Shown one piece after another: positions 47,461 to 56,364 of a stretch of DNA of 64,000 nt. The DNA is from Prevotella sp. (GTDB taxonomy: Bacteria; Bacteroidota; Bacteroidia; Bacteroidales; Bacteroidaceae): the NCBI GenBank assembly GCA_017623155.1, contig JAGAPR010000098.1:6601-70600 (forward strand), read 5' to 3'. Each line of letters opens with the position of its first letter. Position 1 is the first letter of the stretch. A program made the position numbers and the translations under genes. The notes beneath the pieces were generated by a model. That model was not told the DNA's origin and did no database searches. It worked only from the letters and a program-made list of their open reading frames with translations.

Positions 47461-48810
47461 ATGGGACTTATTATCGCCGCGGGCAACACTAAGCCCGTTT
47501 TCCCCTACGATTATTACTATGGCGTCAAGATTAACCTCGCCGTAGCAGACCCGACAGTAGAGCGAGTAGGGCGCCCCGAACTTCATACGAGCCTGCCAAT
47601 CCAGAGCCGCATGCGCCGCTGTATTCTTAAAGATAACGGCGACGTAAACTATTACCTGCACCCGACCGACAGCACCAAGAAGGACACCGGAGCCGCAGCC
47701 AAGCTAGACGGCACCGATGGCATGTATATGGTAGAGCTTCCGGATCACTACGCAAAATTTGAGTTTGATGGCAACAACTACAGCTCGCTAATTAGCGAGT
47801 ATCCGCTGCCCGGCTTCCACAAGGTACGAAAGTGCTACCGTAGCGCCGTCGAGGCCACCATCGACCGAACCGTAGCAGCCACCCCGAAGCTGGCCGCAGT
47901 CTGCAACACTACGGCCAGCTTCAGAGGCGGCAATAACAACGCCGCCTGGGACGGTACCTATAGGAGCCTTCTCGGCCTTCCGGCTACCGTCACGTCGTTA
48001 ACCAACTTCCGAGCCTACGCCCGCAACCGAGGCGCCGCAGGGCTTAACGGCGCCGGCTGGAACTGCGACCTCTACGAAGCCCAGCGAACCACCTACTGGC
48101 TCTTTGTCATCGAATACGCCACCCGCAACTGCCAGGCCGAATTTAACCCCCAGCCGGACGCAAACGGCTACAAGCAGGGAGGCCTCAGCGCCGGCGTCAC
48201 TACGCTCGCTGCGGCTAAGTGGAACACCCTAAACGGCTACTATCCCTTTATCCCCTGCGGCACAACCAACAGCCTGGGCAACGCTACCGGCGTCGTCGAG
48301 TTTACCATGCCCGACGAATACGACCCCGGCGTTACTACCGTCGTCAAGGTACCCAGCTACCGCGGCATAGAAAACCCCTTCGGCCACATTTGGAGCTGGA
48401 CGGACGGCTGCCTCTGCCTAATTCAGAGCAACGAGGCCGGCGGCCGCTCTATCTTCTACACCTGCGACGACCCGGCGCTCTTTGGAAGCGCCGCCGCAGA
48501 CCTGGCCAACTACCAGGAGCGAGGCGACCTCCCCAGGGTAGAAGGCTACGTTAAGACGATGATGGTAGGAGAATACGGCGAGAACATGCCGACCGCCGTA
48601 GGAGCCGGCGCGAGCGCTAATGCCCACTTCTGCGACTACTTCTATACCAACATACCAGCCACCGGCGAAGCTCTTAGGGGCGTGCTCTTTGGCGGGTCTG
48701 CGAATCACGGCACGGGTGCCGGCCTCGCGTCTGCGGCTTCGGATCGCGCCCCCTCGCTTACGACTGCGTACTTCGGCTCCCGGCTTTGCTTTATCCCCGA
48801 AGCAGCGTAA
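47461..48810 (+). CDS. DGR target: tail fibre/adhesin with C-terminal CLec (FGE-like) domain
   Basis: GIENPFGHIWSWTDG; C-terminal FGG...GSRLCF encoded by the VR. Confidence 0.88.
   Translation: MGLIIAAGNTKPVFPYDYYYGVKINLAVADPTVERVGRPELHTSLPIQSRMRRCILKDNGDVNYYLHPTDSTKKDTGAAAKLDGTDGMYMVELPDHYAKFEFDGNNYSSLISEYPLPGFHKVRKCYRSAVEATIDRTVAATPKLAAVCNTTASFRGGNNNAAWDGTYRSLLGLPATVTSLTNFRAYARNRGAAGLNGAGWNCDLYEAQRTTYWLFVIEYATRNCQAEFNPQPDANGYKQGGLSAGVTTLAAAKWNTLNGYYPFIPCGTTNSLGNATGVVEFTMPDEYDPGVTTVVKVPSYRGIENPFGHIWSWTDGCLCLIQSNEAGGRSIFYTCDDPALFGSAAADLANYQERGDLPRVEGYVKTMMVGEYGENMPTAVGAGASANAHFCDYFYTNIPATGEALRGVLFGGSANHGTGAGLASAASDRAPSLTTAYFGSRLCFIPEAA
48677..48790 (+). repeat. DGR variable repeat (VR)
   Basis: 114-nt ungapped match to TR; 21 mismatches, all opposite TR adenines. 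Confidence 0.96.
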
Positions 48811-48831
48811 ACCGCGCCGCCACGATTAACG

Positions 48832-48863
48832 CCTCGGGCGCCCCCGATTTAAGGCGCCCGAGG
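48832..48863. promoter_or_regulatory. Hairpin/cruciform downstream of VR
   Basis: CCTCGGGCGCC-(10 nt)-GGCGCCCGAGG. Confidence 0.7.
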
Positions 48864-48898
48864 TCAATCCAAACCAAACCACCTCAATAATACCGAAG

Positions 48899-49234
48899 AT
48901 GAACAACAAACAAGACGACGGCTCGCTGGCCTTCCTCAACATAGCACCCGACGAGGCTAACAAGCACTTCAACTGCCCGGAGACGACCCAGCAACAGCTC
49001 ATTAACCGGAGCTTCTGGCTGTGCGACTACATAAAGGGACAGCGGACAAAATACGGCGAAGACCGCTACATCGTCCTGGTTAAATTCAACAAGGACGACA
49101 AGATGGCCGACGCCCGCAAATTCTTCACTAATTCAAGAGATATAAAATATGTGCTCGACCAGATAAAACAGCGGAACGCCTTCCCGCGACACGTAACGAT
49201 GCGCGCCAGCGGAACCCGCTACTATTTGGAGTAG
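48899..49234 (+). CDS. DGR accessory-position protein (not Avd-like)
   Basis: 111 aa between VR and TR; mixed beta/alpha pattern. Confidence 0.65.
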   Translation: MNNKQDDGSLAFLNIAPDEANKHFNCPETTQQQLINRSFWLCDYIKGQRTKYGEDRYIVLVKFNKDDKMADARKFFTNSRDIKYVLDQIKQRNAFPRHVTMRASGTRYYLE

Positions 49235-49260
49235 CGCCACGATATACGGCTGTTAGCCCC

Positions 49261-49374
49261 GGGGCGTGCTCTTTGGCGGGAATGCGAATAACGGCACGAA
49301 TGCCGGCCTCGCGAATGCGAATACGAATAACGCCCCCTCGAATACGAATGCGAACATCGGCTCCCGGAATTACT
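49261..49374 (+). repeat. DGR template repeat (TR)
   Basis: 29 adenines; 12 AAY codons in target frame. Confidence 0.96.
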
Positions 49375-49529
49375 GATCAGCCAGGCCGGCCAGCTACCGA
49401 CCCGGCAACAAAATACAACCCAAAGGGCTAAGGCCATACCGATAACAAGGTAAAAAATATTTACCCATTCAAAGGCGGCATAGTAGGCACCAGCCGAACC
49501 GCCGCTGGGAATCAGCAAAGCAAAAGACA

Positions 49530-50579
49530 GTGAAAAGACACGGCAACCTCTTCGACCAGGTTATTAGCTTAGATAACCTTCGAGCTGCGGACGAGACCGC
49601 CCGCAAAGGTAAGCTGCGCACCTACGGCGTCAAGGTACACGACAAACACCGGGAGGAACACATCCAGACGCTACACGAGCAATTAAAGGCAGGAACCTAC
49701 AAGCCCTCGCCCTATACGACCGTTATAATACACGAGCCGAAGGAGCGCGTAATATTTCGCCTTCCGTACTATCCCGACCGCATAGTACACCACGCTATTA
49801 TGAACGTCGTAGCCCCAATCTGGCGGGGACTTTTCGACCGCGATACCTACTGCGGACTCCCCGGCCGAGGGATCCAGGCAGCCGCCGACCGCGTTAAATA
49901 CTTCCTTCGGAACCAGCCGGAAGACTGCCGCTATTGCCTTAAAATTGACATACGCAAATTTTATCCCAGCATCGACCACGACGTATTAAAGAAGCTGGTA
50001 CGATGGAAGATTAAAGACCGGCGCGTAATTGCCTTAATAGACGACCTTATAGACAGCGCCGACGGCATACCCATCGGCAACCACCCCTCTATCTTCTTCG
50101 CCCTTCTTTACTTCGCCAGGTTTATAATGTGGCTTCGCCAGGACTGGGCGAAGGAGCACGGCGTTAAACTGATTATGATAGACTACGCCGACGACTTAGT
50201 ATTTTTTGCGTCAGATAAGAAGATTTTACGCCGGCTTCTGGCCGACATGGAGGACTATCTGGCCAGAGAGCTAAAGCTGGAGATAAAAGCCAATAAGCAA
50301 ATTTTTCCAGTAGCCAGGACGCACCGCGATAAACACGGCCGCGGCGTCGACTTCCTCGGCTACGTATTCTACCTGGAGGGAACACGGCTCCGCAAAGGTA
50401 TAAAAAAGAACTTCGCCAGGGCTATAGGCAACATGCGCAGAGCCAAGAAGCCCATCAGCGAAGCCGACTTTTTACAGCGCTGCGCCTCCTGGTGGGGCTG
50501 GTGCAAACATAGTGATAGTAAACATTTAATCGAGAAACTAAACAAAACCTCACCGTATGAAATCAAATTCAAACGATAG
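49530..50579 (+). CDS. DGR reverse transcriptase
   Basis: GTG start; KER, DRIVHH, KIDIRKFYPSI, GIPIGN, YADD, DFLGY. Confidence 0.95.
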   Translation: MKRHGNLFDQVISLDNLRAADETARKGKLRTYGVKVHDKHREEHIQTLHEQLKAGTYKPSPYTTVIIHEPKERVIFRLPYYPDRIVHHAIMNVVAPIWRGLFDRDTYCGLPGRGIQAAADRVKYFLRNQPEDCRYCLKIDIRKFYPSIDHDVLKKLVRWKIKDRRVIALIDDLIDSADGIPIGNHPSIFFALLYFARFIMWLRQDWAKEHGVKLIMIDYADDLVFFASDKKILRRLLADMEDYLARELKLEIKANKQIFPVARTHRDKHGRGVDFLGYVFYLEGTRLRKGIKKNFARAIGNMRRAKKPISEADFLQRCASWWGWCKHSDSKHLIEKLNKTSPYEIKFKR

Positions 50580-50931
50580 ACCCCAGATTATTCAAGACCT
50601 GGGTAACGGAGCCTTCTATTACAACTACGCGATCACGCCCAAGACCGAGACCGACGAAGAAGGCAACGAGCGAAAAAGTTACGACTACTCCAGCGTAAAA
50701 ATCTGGGGCAAGCCTACCCGCGGCGCCGTCGTTAAGGCCGTCATCAGAGACGAGCTCGACGAAACCGCCGAATTTGACCTGGTAAACAGCTACAACGCCG
50801 CCCAGGAAGGAATGCTCGACGAGGCCGAGGCCGCCCGCGCTATTGCGGACTACAAGGCCTACCTGCGCCGCGTCCAGGAAATCAAAACCAACGCGAAGGC
50901 CGACCTCGCCGCCGCCGGCTACACCGATTAA
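50557..50931 (+). CDS. Putative tail-fibre-associated (chaperone-like) protein
   Basis: Aligns by eye with 3614..3958. Confidence 0.5.
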   Translation: MKSNSNDRPQIIQDLGNGAFYYNYAITPKTETDEEGNERKSYDYSSVKIWGKPTRGAVVKAVIRDELDETAEFDLVNSYNAAQEGMLDEAEAARAIADYKAYLRRVQEIKTNAKADLAAAGYTD

Positions 50932-50945
50932 AAAACCAGACAGCA

Positions 50946-51551
50946 ATGGAAAATTTACCCGCTATTATAAGCGCCATCGGCACCATTATAGCGGCCTACT
51001 TTGCCTATAACCAGTATGCCAAAAATAAACTCACCGACTTAAAGGTACAACAGCTGGAGGCCGAGCAGGCCGAGAAGCAGAAGCGCCGAAGCGACAACTC
51101 CGCCATCGTCCACGGCGAGCTGTGGGAAGTGCTACACGAATTAAAGGCCGATCGCGTCTACATAGTCCAGCCACATCCGCTGGGCAACGAAAGCATGATT
51201 AGCATTTATTTCGAGAGCAAGCGCAAAGGCGTAGAGAGCATGAAGCCCCGGATCCAGAACCTCAAGATGTGCGACGTAGCCAAATTCTGCCAGCTCCTGG
51301 CAAGCCAGCTTTACACGGTTATAACGGACATCGACGCCCAGGTAGAAGACCGCTACGCAAAAAGTCTATTAAGCGCCTGCGGGACGACGCAGGTACTCGT
51401 TAAAAGACTTAGCGACAATTCTCATGACTGGGTAGGTAGTATCTTCTGCGAGTTTACCCACGGCCGCGAGATAGACCCCGAGAGCGCCCGCGCGACGCTA
51501 CACCAGGCCGCGCAAAATATTCAATACATTTTACCCCCATATATCGGATAA
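50946..51551 (+). CDS. Putative holin (one TM helix + soluble GAF-like domain)
   Basis: N-terminal TM; [20 protein letters not shown]; 1 bp before endolysin. Confidence 0.5.
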   Translation: MENLPAIISAIGTIIAAYFAYNQYAKNKLTDLKVQQLEAEQAEKQKRRSDNSAIVHGELWEVLHELKADRVYIVQPHPLGNESMISIYFESKRKGVESMKPRIQNLKMCDVAKFCQLLASQLYTVITDIDAQVEDRYAKSLLSACGTTQVLVKRLSDNSHDWVGSIFCEFTHGREIDPESARATLHQAAQNIQYILPPYIG

Positions 51552-51552
51552 C

Positions 51553-52131
51553 ATGGCTAAAATAGACATCTTAGCCCCCTTTATACTTAGCTTCGAGGGG
51601 GGATATGTAAACGACCCCAGAGACCCAGGCGGCGCCACGAACCGAGGCGTAACAATCGCCACCTGGCGCCAAGTAGGCTATGACAAGGACGGCGACGGAG
51701 ACATCGACGTAGCCGACCTCAAGCTAATAACGCCGGCCGACGCCGTTAACCGCGTCATGAAACCCCACTACTGGGACAGATGGCAGGCCGACCGGATTAA
51801 AAGCCAAAGCGTAGCTAATATCGTCGTCGACTGGGTATGGGCTTCGGGCAAGCACGGAATAACCGGCGTGCAGAAACTTCTCGGCGTCAAGGTAGACGGC
51901 ATCGTAGGCGAAAAGACCTTAGCCGCCCTCAACGCCCAGGATCCCCGCGCGCTTTTCGACCATATCCACCGCGCCCGCGCCAGGTTTATAGACCAGGTTA
52001 TAGCCGGCCGCCCGACTTCGGCATGTTACCGCGCCGGCTGGCTTCGCCGCCTGGACTATATCCGCTTCGGCGCTTTAGTCCATAACGACACCCCGCCCAA
52101 AGTCGTACCCTTCGCCGACCTTCAGCCATGA
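51553..52131 (+). CDS. Endolysin, glycoside hydrolase family 108
   Basis: [20 protein letters not shown]; VDGIVGEKT; GWLRR. Confidence 0.92.
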   Translation: MAKIDILAPFILSFEGGYVNDPRDPGGATNRGVTIATWRQVGYDKDGDGDIDVADLKLITPADAVNRVMKPHYWDRWQADRIKSQSVANIVVDWVWASGKHGITGVQKLLGVKVDGIVGEKTLAALNAQDPRALFDHIHRARARFIDQVIAGRPTSACYRAGWLRRLDYIRFGALVHNDTPPKVVPFADLQP

Positions 52132-52718
52132 GAACAGCCACGACCCTAATAATAGCCCTTCTTCTTTTCTTCGGGCTTCAGAGCTGCTCCACGGCCAAGA
52201 AGGCCACGACCAAGCAGGAGACCCACCAGGAGACCGCCGCCACCATCAGCCAGGAGACCGCGGCCACCGAGACCGGCGCCGCCTACCTCGACCAGGCGAC
52301 CCTCGAGCAGATACTGCAGCGCTATAACGTCGTCGTCGACTTCGAGCGCTGGGACTTCGACACCACCGGCCAGGAAGGGACCCCGACCGACAGCCTGCCG
52401 ACTTCGGCAGCCTTCAACCAGGAGGGGAGCCGACGAGACAAGCCGCCCGACGCCGGCCGGCCGAAGTCATTTACCAAAGGCACCGTTACTATTAACGCCG
52501 AAGGGAGCCAGACACGAGCCACCCAGACGCGCGCCGGCGCCCAGGTAAACAAGACCGACAGCACCGCCACCGTGGCGGCCGTCCAGAAGAAGGCCGACAA
52601 CAAGGCCGAGACCAAAGAGCAGAAGAAGGCGAGCAGCACACCGACCATCTTAATAATTTTTCTTTGTCTCGGCGCCGGCCTCGTTATTTGGAGGACAATA
52701 GCCCGCTGGAAGGCATAA
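52128..52718 (+). CDS. Unimolecular-spanin-like lipoprotein
   Basis: Signal peptide with lipobox LQSC plus C-terminal TM helix. Confidence 0.7.
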   Translation: MRTATTLIIALLLFFGLQSCSTAKKATTKQETHQETAATISQETAATETGAAYLDQATLEQILQRYNVVVDFERWDFDTTGQEGTPTDSLPTSAAFNQEGSRRDKPPDAGRPKSFTKGTVTINAEGSQTRATQTRAGAQVNKTDSTATVAAVQKKADNKAETKEQKKASSTPTILIIFLCLGAGLVIWRTIARWKA

Positions 52719-52721
52719 AAA

Positions 52722-52762
52722 ACCCGCAAAAGTATCATAATCGGGTACTTTTGCGGGTACTT
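52722..52762. terminator. Hairpin after lysis operon, overlapping right-arm CGGGTACTT repeats
   Basis: ACCCGCAAAAGTA/TACTTTTGCGGGT. Confidence 0.6.
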
Positions 52763-52794
52763 ATTTGCAAATACACTGATTATCAGTGTTAAAT

Positions 52795-52807
52795 GCGGAG
52801 AGAGAGG
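52795..52807. repeat. att core, tRNA-proximal copy
   Basis: GCGGAGAGAGAGG. Confidence 0.85.
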
Positions 52808-52880
52808 GATTCGAACCCCCGGAGGTGTGACCCTCAACGGTTTTCAAGACCGCCGCAATCGACCACTCTGCCATCTCTCC
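52796..52880 (-). tRNA. tRNA-Ser(TGA)
   Basis: GGAGAGA..TCTCTCC-G acceptor, anticodon loop CTTGAAA, long variable arm, GGTTCGAATCC. Confidence 0.96.
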
Positions 52881-52933
52881 TTGCTTGCCCGCCGTGGTGT
52901 CCTTCACCTCGGTTTTGGTGGGTTTTGCGTCGG

Positions 52934-52965
52934 CAAAGGTAGGTATCTTTATTGATACTGCCAAA
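52934..52965 (-). promoter_or_regulatory. Bacteroidetes-type promoter of tRNA-Ser
   Basis: TTTG-N20-TACCTTTG on minus strand. Confidence 0.65.
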
Positions 52966-53171
52966 TTTTTTCGAGGCTTTTTTTGATTTTTTAATCATTT
53001 GCCGATGTTACTCACGTGGTTTTGTCTTAATTTTGCATGTGCCTATAAGGGCTACAAATTGTAATTTATAAACTATTTGATTTAGGGCGGTTCTGCTTAT
53101 TCCCAACTGATGATATCAGTTGGTTGTTTAAGAATTGATAAGATTAAGCTCATAATATAAAAGATAGGATT

Positions 53172-54740
53172 ATGACACGTGAATATGATTTTCTGGTAAT
53201 CGGGTCGGGCATCGCCGGCATGAGTTTTGCCTTAAAGGTAGCCCGCTACGGGCGGGTGGCACTTGTGTGCAAGACCAATCTTGAGGAGGCCAATACTGCA
53301 TTGGCCCAAGGAGGAGTTGCCTCGGTGACCAATCTTGAGGTTGATAACTTTGATAAACACATACACGACACAATGGTGGCCGGTGACTGGCTGAGTGATC
53401 CCAAGGCTGTCGAGGCGGTGGTCAAAGGAGCGCCTCAGGGTATCAGGGATCTTATATCGTGGGGTGTAAACTTTGACAAAAAAGAAGACGGCACCTTTGA
53501 CTTGCACCGAGAGGGTGGTCATAGTGACTTCCGTATCCTGCACCATGCCGACAATACCGGCTGGGAGATACAGCGAGGGCTGAGAGAGTCGGTCTTTGCC
53601 GATGAGAATATTGACGTGTACGAAAATCACTTTGCCATCGAGATTATCACCCAGCATCATCTGGGGCGTATAGTGACTCGTCGCACACCCGATATCACGT
53701 GTTATGGAGCATATGTACTGGACCAGGAGTCGGGACGTGTCGACAAATTTCTGTCTCGTGTCACGGTAATGGCTACCGGTGGCGTGGGTGCAGTCTATCA
53801 GACTACCACCAATCCCTTGGTGGCTACCGGTGACGGTATAGCCATGGTATACCGTGCCAAGGGAACGGTCAAGGACATGGAGTTTATCCAATTTCACCCA
53901 ACGGCTCTGTATCATCCCGGCGACCGTCCCTCGTTCTTGATTACCGAGGCTATGAGAGGCTATGGAGCTGTATTGAGAAACCTCAAGGGCGAGGAATTCA
54001 TGCACAAGTATGACCCACGACTGTCCCTTGCACCACGTGACATCGTGGCCCGAGCCATCGACTCGGAGATGAAGCAGCATGGCGATGATCATGTATATCT
54101 CGACGTCACACATAAGGACCCCGAGGAGACGCGCCAACATTTCCCCAACATATATCAGAAGTGCCTGTCATTGGGTATCGACATCACTAAAGATTATATC
54201 CCGGTTGCCCCGGCGGCCCACTATCTGTGTGGCGGTATCGCTGTCGATACCAACGGTTGCTCGTCCATCAACCGTCTTTATGCTCTGGGTGAATGTTCGT
54301 GTACCGGATTGCACGGTGGTAACCGTCTGGCCAGCAATTCGCTCATCGAGGCTGTGGTATATGCCTCGGCTGCTGCGCGTCATGCTATAGACACCTTTAA
54401 GAACTATGACTTGCGTGGCGATGTTCCCGACTGGAACGATGAGGGCACTTCCCATCCCGAGGAGATGGTGCTTATCACCCAGTCGATGAAGGAAGTAAAC
54501 CAGATAATGGCCACATATGTTGGTATTGTAAGGTCCAACCTGAGGCTTGACCGCGCGTGGAATCGCCTTGACATCCTGTATGAAGAGACCGAAAGGCTAT
54601 TCAAGTGTTCCAAGGCTTCGCGCCAGATATGTGAGCTGAGAAATGTCATCAACGTCGGTTACCTGATTATGCGTCAGGCCAAGGAGCGTAAGGAGTCCCG
54701 CGGTCTTCACTATACGCTTGACTATCCACCGGTCAAGTAA
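53172..54740 (+). CDS. nadB: L-aspartate oxidase
   Basis: GSGIAG, AQGG, REGGHS, QFHPT, LAPRDIVAR, HGGNRLASNSL, ESRGLHY. Confidence 0.96.
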   Translation: MTREYDFLVIGSGIAGMSFALKVARYGRVALVCKTNLEEANTALAQGGVASVTNLEVDNFDKHIHDTMVAGDWLSDPKAVEAVVKGAPQGIRDLISWGVNFDKKEDGTFDLHREGGHSDFRILHHADNTGWEIQRGLRESVFADENIDVYENHFAIEIITQHHLGRIVTRRTPDITCYGAYVLDQESGRVDKFLSRVTVMATGGVGAVYQTTTNPLVATGDGIAMVYRAKGTVKDMEFIQFHPTALYHPGDRPSFLITEAMRGYGAVLRNLKGEEFMHKYDPRLSLAPRDIVARAIDSEMKQHGDDHVYLDVTHKDPEETRQHFPNIYQKCLSLGIDITKDYIPVAPAAHYLCGGIAVDTNGCSSINRLYALGECSCTGLHGGNRLASNSLIEAVVYASAAARHAIDTFKNYDLRGDVPDWNDEGTSHPEEMVLITQSMKEVNQIMATYVGIVRSNLRLDRAWNRLDILYEETERLFKCSKASRQICELRNVINVGYLIMRQAKERKESRGLHYTLDYPPVK

Positions 54741-54809
54741 ACAATGGTGGTGAATAGACCACGGCAGTGACCGGTGGCCTGTATAAGGTTAAACAAGGTA
54801 AAGTTTTTA

Positions 54810-55451
54810 ATGCAGGGATTCCGTTATACATCACGACTGATGATGTTGGCATTGACAATGCTGACAGCCGGGATTGTGACGTATGGTCAGGAAGAAGATA
54901 TGAAATTACCCTCGGCGCGTGAAAAACTTTATGTGAGCTACACCTACACTGTGGCACCCGAGGGGGACACGCTGGTGACATTTAACCTCCGACCGTTGGT
55001 GGTGTATCCGCCGATGAAGTTCAAGAATAAAAAAGAGGAACAGTTCTATTGGAGGACGGTGCGCAACGTCAGGCTGACGCTTCCTTATGCCAAGATGATA
55101 AGGGAGACGTTGGTAGAGACATATGAGTACATCGAGACCTTTGACACCAAGAAAGAGCGAGAGGATTACCTCAAGCGCATGGAGAAGGACCTCTTTAACC
55201 AATATAAACCCGTGCTCAAGAAGTTTTCCAAAAATCAGGCTCAGCTTCTTGTCAAACTCATACAGCGCGAGACCGACCAGTCATCATACGACATAGTCAA
55301 GGCGTTCTTAGGGTCGTTCCGCGCGGCATTCTGGCAGGGCTTTGGCAAGCTCTTCGGTGTGAGTCTTCGTGGCAAATTTAATCCTGAGCGCAACAAGGAT
55401 GATGCCATCATCGAGCGCGTGGCTTCACAGATTGAATTGGGCCTGTTATGA
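54810..55451 (+). CDS. DUF4294-like protein
   Basis: VRLTLPYAK..LLVKLIQRET..G..A.FWQ; start uncertain. Confidence 0.7.
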   Translation: MQGFRYTSRLMMLALTMLTAGIVTYGQEEDMKLPSAREKLYVSYTYTVAPEGDTLVTFNLRPLVVYPPMKFKNKKEEQFYWRTVRNVRLTLPYAKMIRETLVETYEYIETFDTKKEREDYLKRMEKDLFNQYKPVLKKFSKNQAQLLVKLIQRETDQSSYDIVKAFLGSFRAAFWQGFGKLFGVSLRGKFNPERNKDDAIIERVASQIELGLL

Positions 55452-56356
55452 GAAAACTTCCCGATACCGAGCGTCTGCTTAAAGACTATGACGCCTACCT
55501 CAGGCTCGAGCGGGGACTATCTGATAACACCCGCGCGGCATATGGTACAGACATAGCCCGGCTTATCGATGACCTCGATAATGATGATGTGTCATTGGCC
55601 GATGTCTCTGTCGATACGCTACAGGGGTTTCTTGCCGATTTATATGATTTGGAAATATCGCCTCGCTCAATTGCCAGGATTGTGTCGGGTGTGAAATCTT
55701 TTTTTGAGTGGCTGACCATCGAGGGCTATATAGACACTGACCCGGCCATGATGCTCGAGACGCCACGGTTTACATCCAAGTTGCCGACAGTGCTCACTGT
55801 CGAGGATATCGACGACATGATTGGATGTATAGACATGTCTAAAGCCGAGGGTCAGCGCAATCGCGCTGTTATCGAGACGCTATATGGGTGTGGACTGCGA
55901 GTCAGTGAACTCATTGATTTGAGGATTACTTTTCTGGCATTGGATAAAGGATATATGATAGTCAACGGCAAGGGTAACAAAGAGCGCATGATACCCGTGA
56001 GCCGTTATACAGCCGACATTATCTCAGAATATATCGGTGATACCAGGACCCAAGTCCCGATCAAGCCCGGTGCCGAGGATATAGTGTTCCTCAACCGTCG
56101 TGGGCGTCCTCTCACGCGCAATATGATATTTATGATTGTGCGCGACCTGGCGTTGGCCGCCGGGATAAGGGCCCATGTGTCCCCTCACACGCTGAGGCAC
56201 TCGTTTGCGACCCACCTGCTTGAAGGAGGCGCCAACCTGCGAGCCATCCAACAGATGCTCGGTCACTCATCCATAGCTACCACCGAGGTTTATCTCCATC
56301 TCCAGTCATCTACCCTCCATGCCCAGATACTCGCCCACCACCCGAGAAACAAGTAA
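55448..56356 (+). CDS. xerD: Site-specific tyrosine recombinase XerD
   Basis: ERGLSDNT, YGCGLRVSEL, GKGNKER, SPHTLRHSFATHLL, LGHSSIATTEVY. Confidence 0.85.
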   Translation: MRKLPDTERLLKDYDAYLRLERGLSDNTRAAYGTDIARLIDDLDNDDVSLADVSVDTLQGFLADLYDLEISPRSIARIVSGVKSFFEWLTIEGYIDTDPAMMLETPRFTSKLPTVLTVEDIDDMIGCIDMSKAEGQRNRAVIETLYGCGLRVSELIDLRITFLALDKGYMIVNGKGNKERMIPVSRYTADIISEYIGDTRTQVPIKPGAEDIVFLNRRGRPLTRNMIFMIVRDLALAAGIRAHVSPHTLRHSFATHLLEGGANLRAIQQMLGHSSIATTEVYLHLQSSTLHAQILAHHPRNK

Positions 56357-56364
56357 CACACCGG

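Larger units (their letters stand above)
47461..50579 (+). mobile_element. Diversity-generating retroelement cassette
   Basis: Target/VR - hairpin - accessory ORF - TR - RT. Confidence 0.95.
5240..52807. mobile_element. Prophage 2, apparently complete temperate siphovirus (~47.6 kb) in tRNA-Ser(TGA)
   Basis: Flanking 13-bp direct repeat; integrase, repressor, replication, terminase, portal, capsid, tail tube, tape measure and lysis genes; no sheath gene seen. Confidence 0.92.

Noticed and set aside
49222-49518. 98-aa minus ORF over TR
   Set aside because: Repetitive translation is an artefact of the AAY-rich TR
49530-50579. RT as retron or group II intron
   Set aside because: Adjacent TR/VR pair with A-specific differences; no VTG retron motif or maturase/endonuclease extension seen
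52761-52964. 67-aa ORF and 52322..52837
   Set aside because: Overlap tRNA-Ser, att and the spanin gene
55448-56356. Third mobile-element integrase
   Set aside because: Size and motifs match chromosomal XerD, in a host operon outside the att sites
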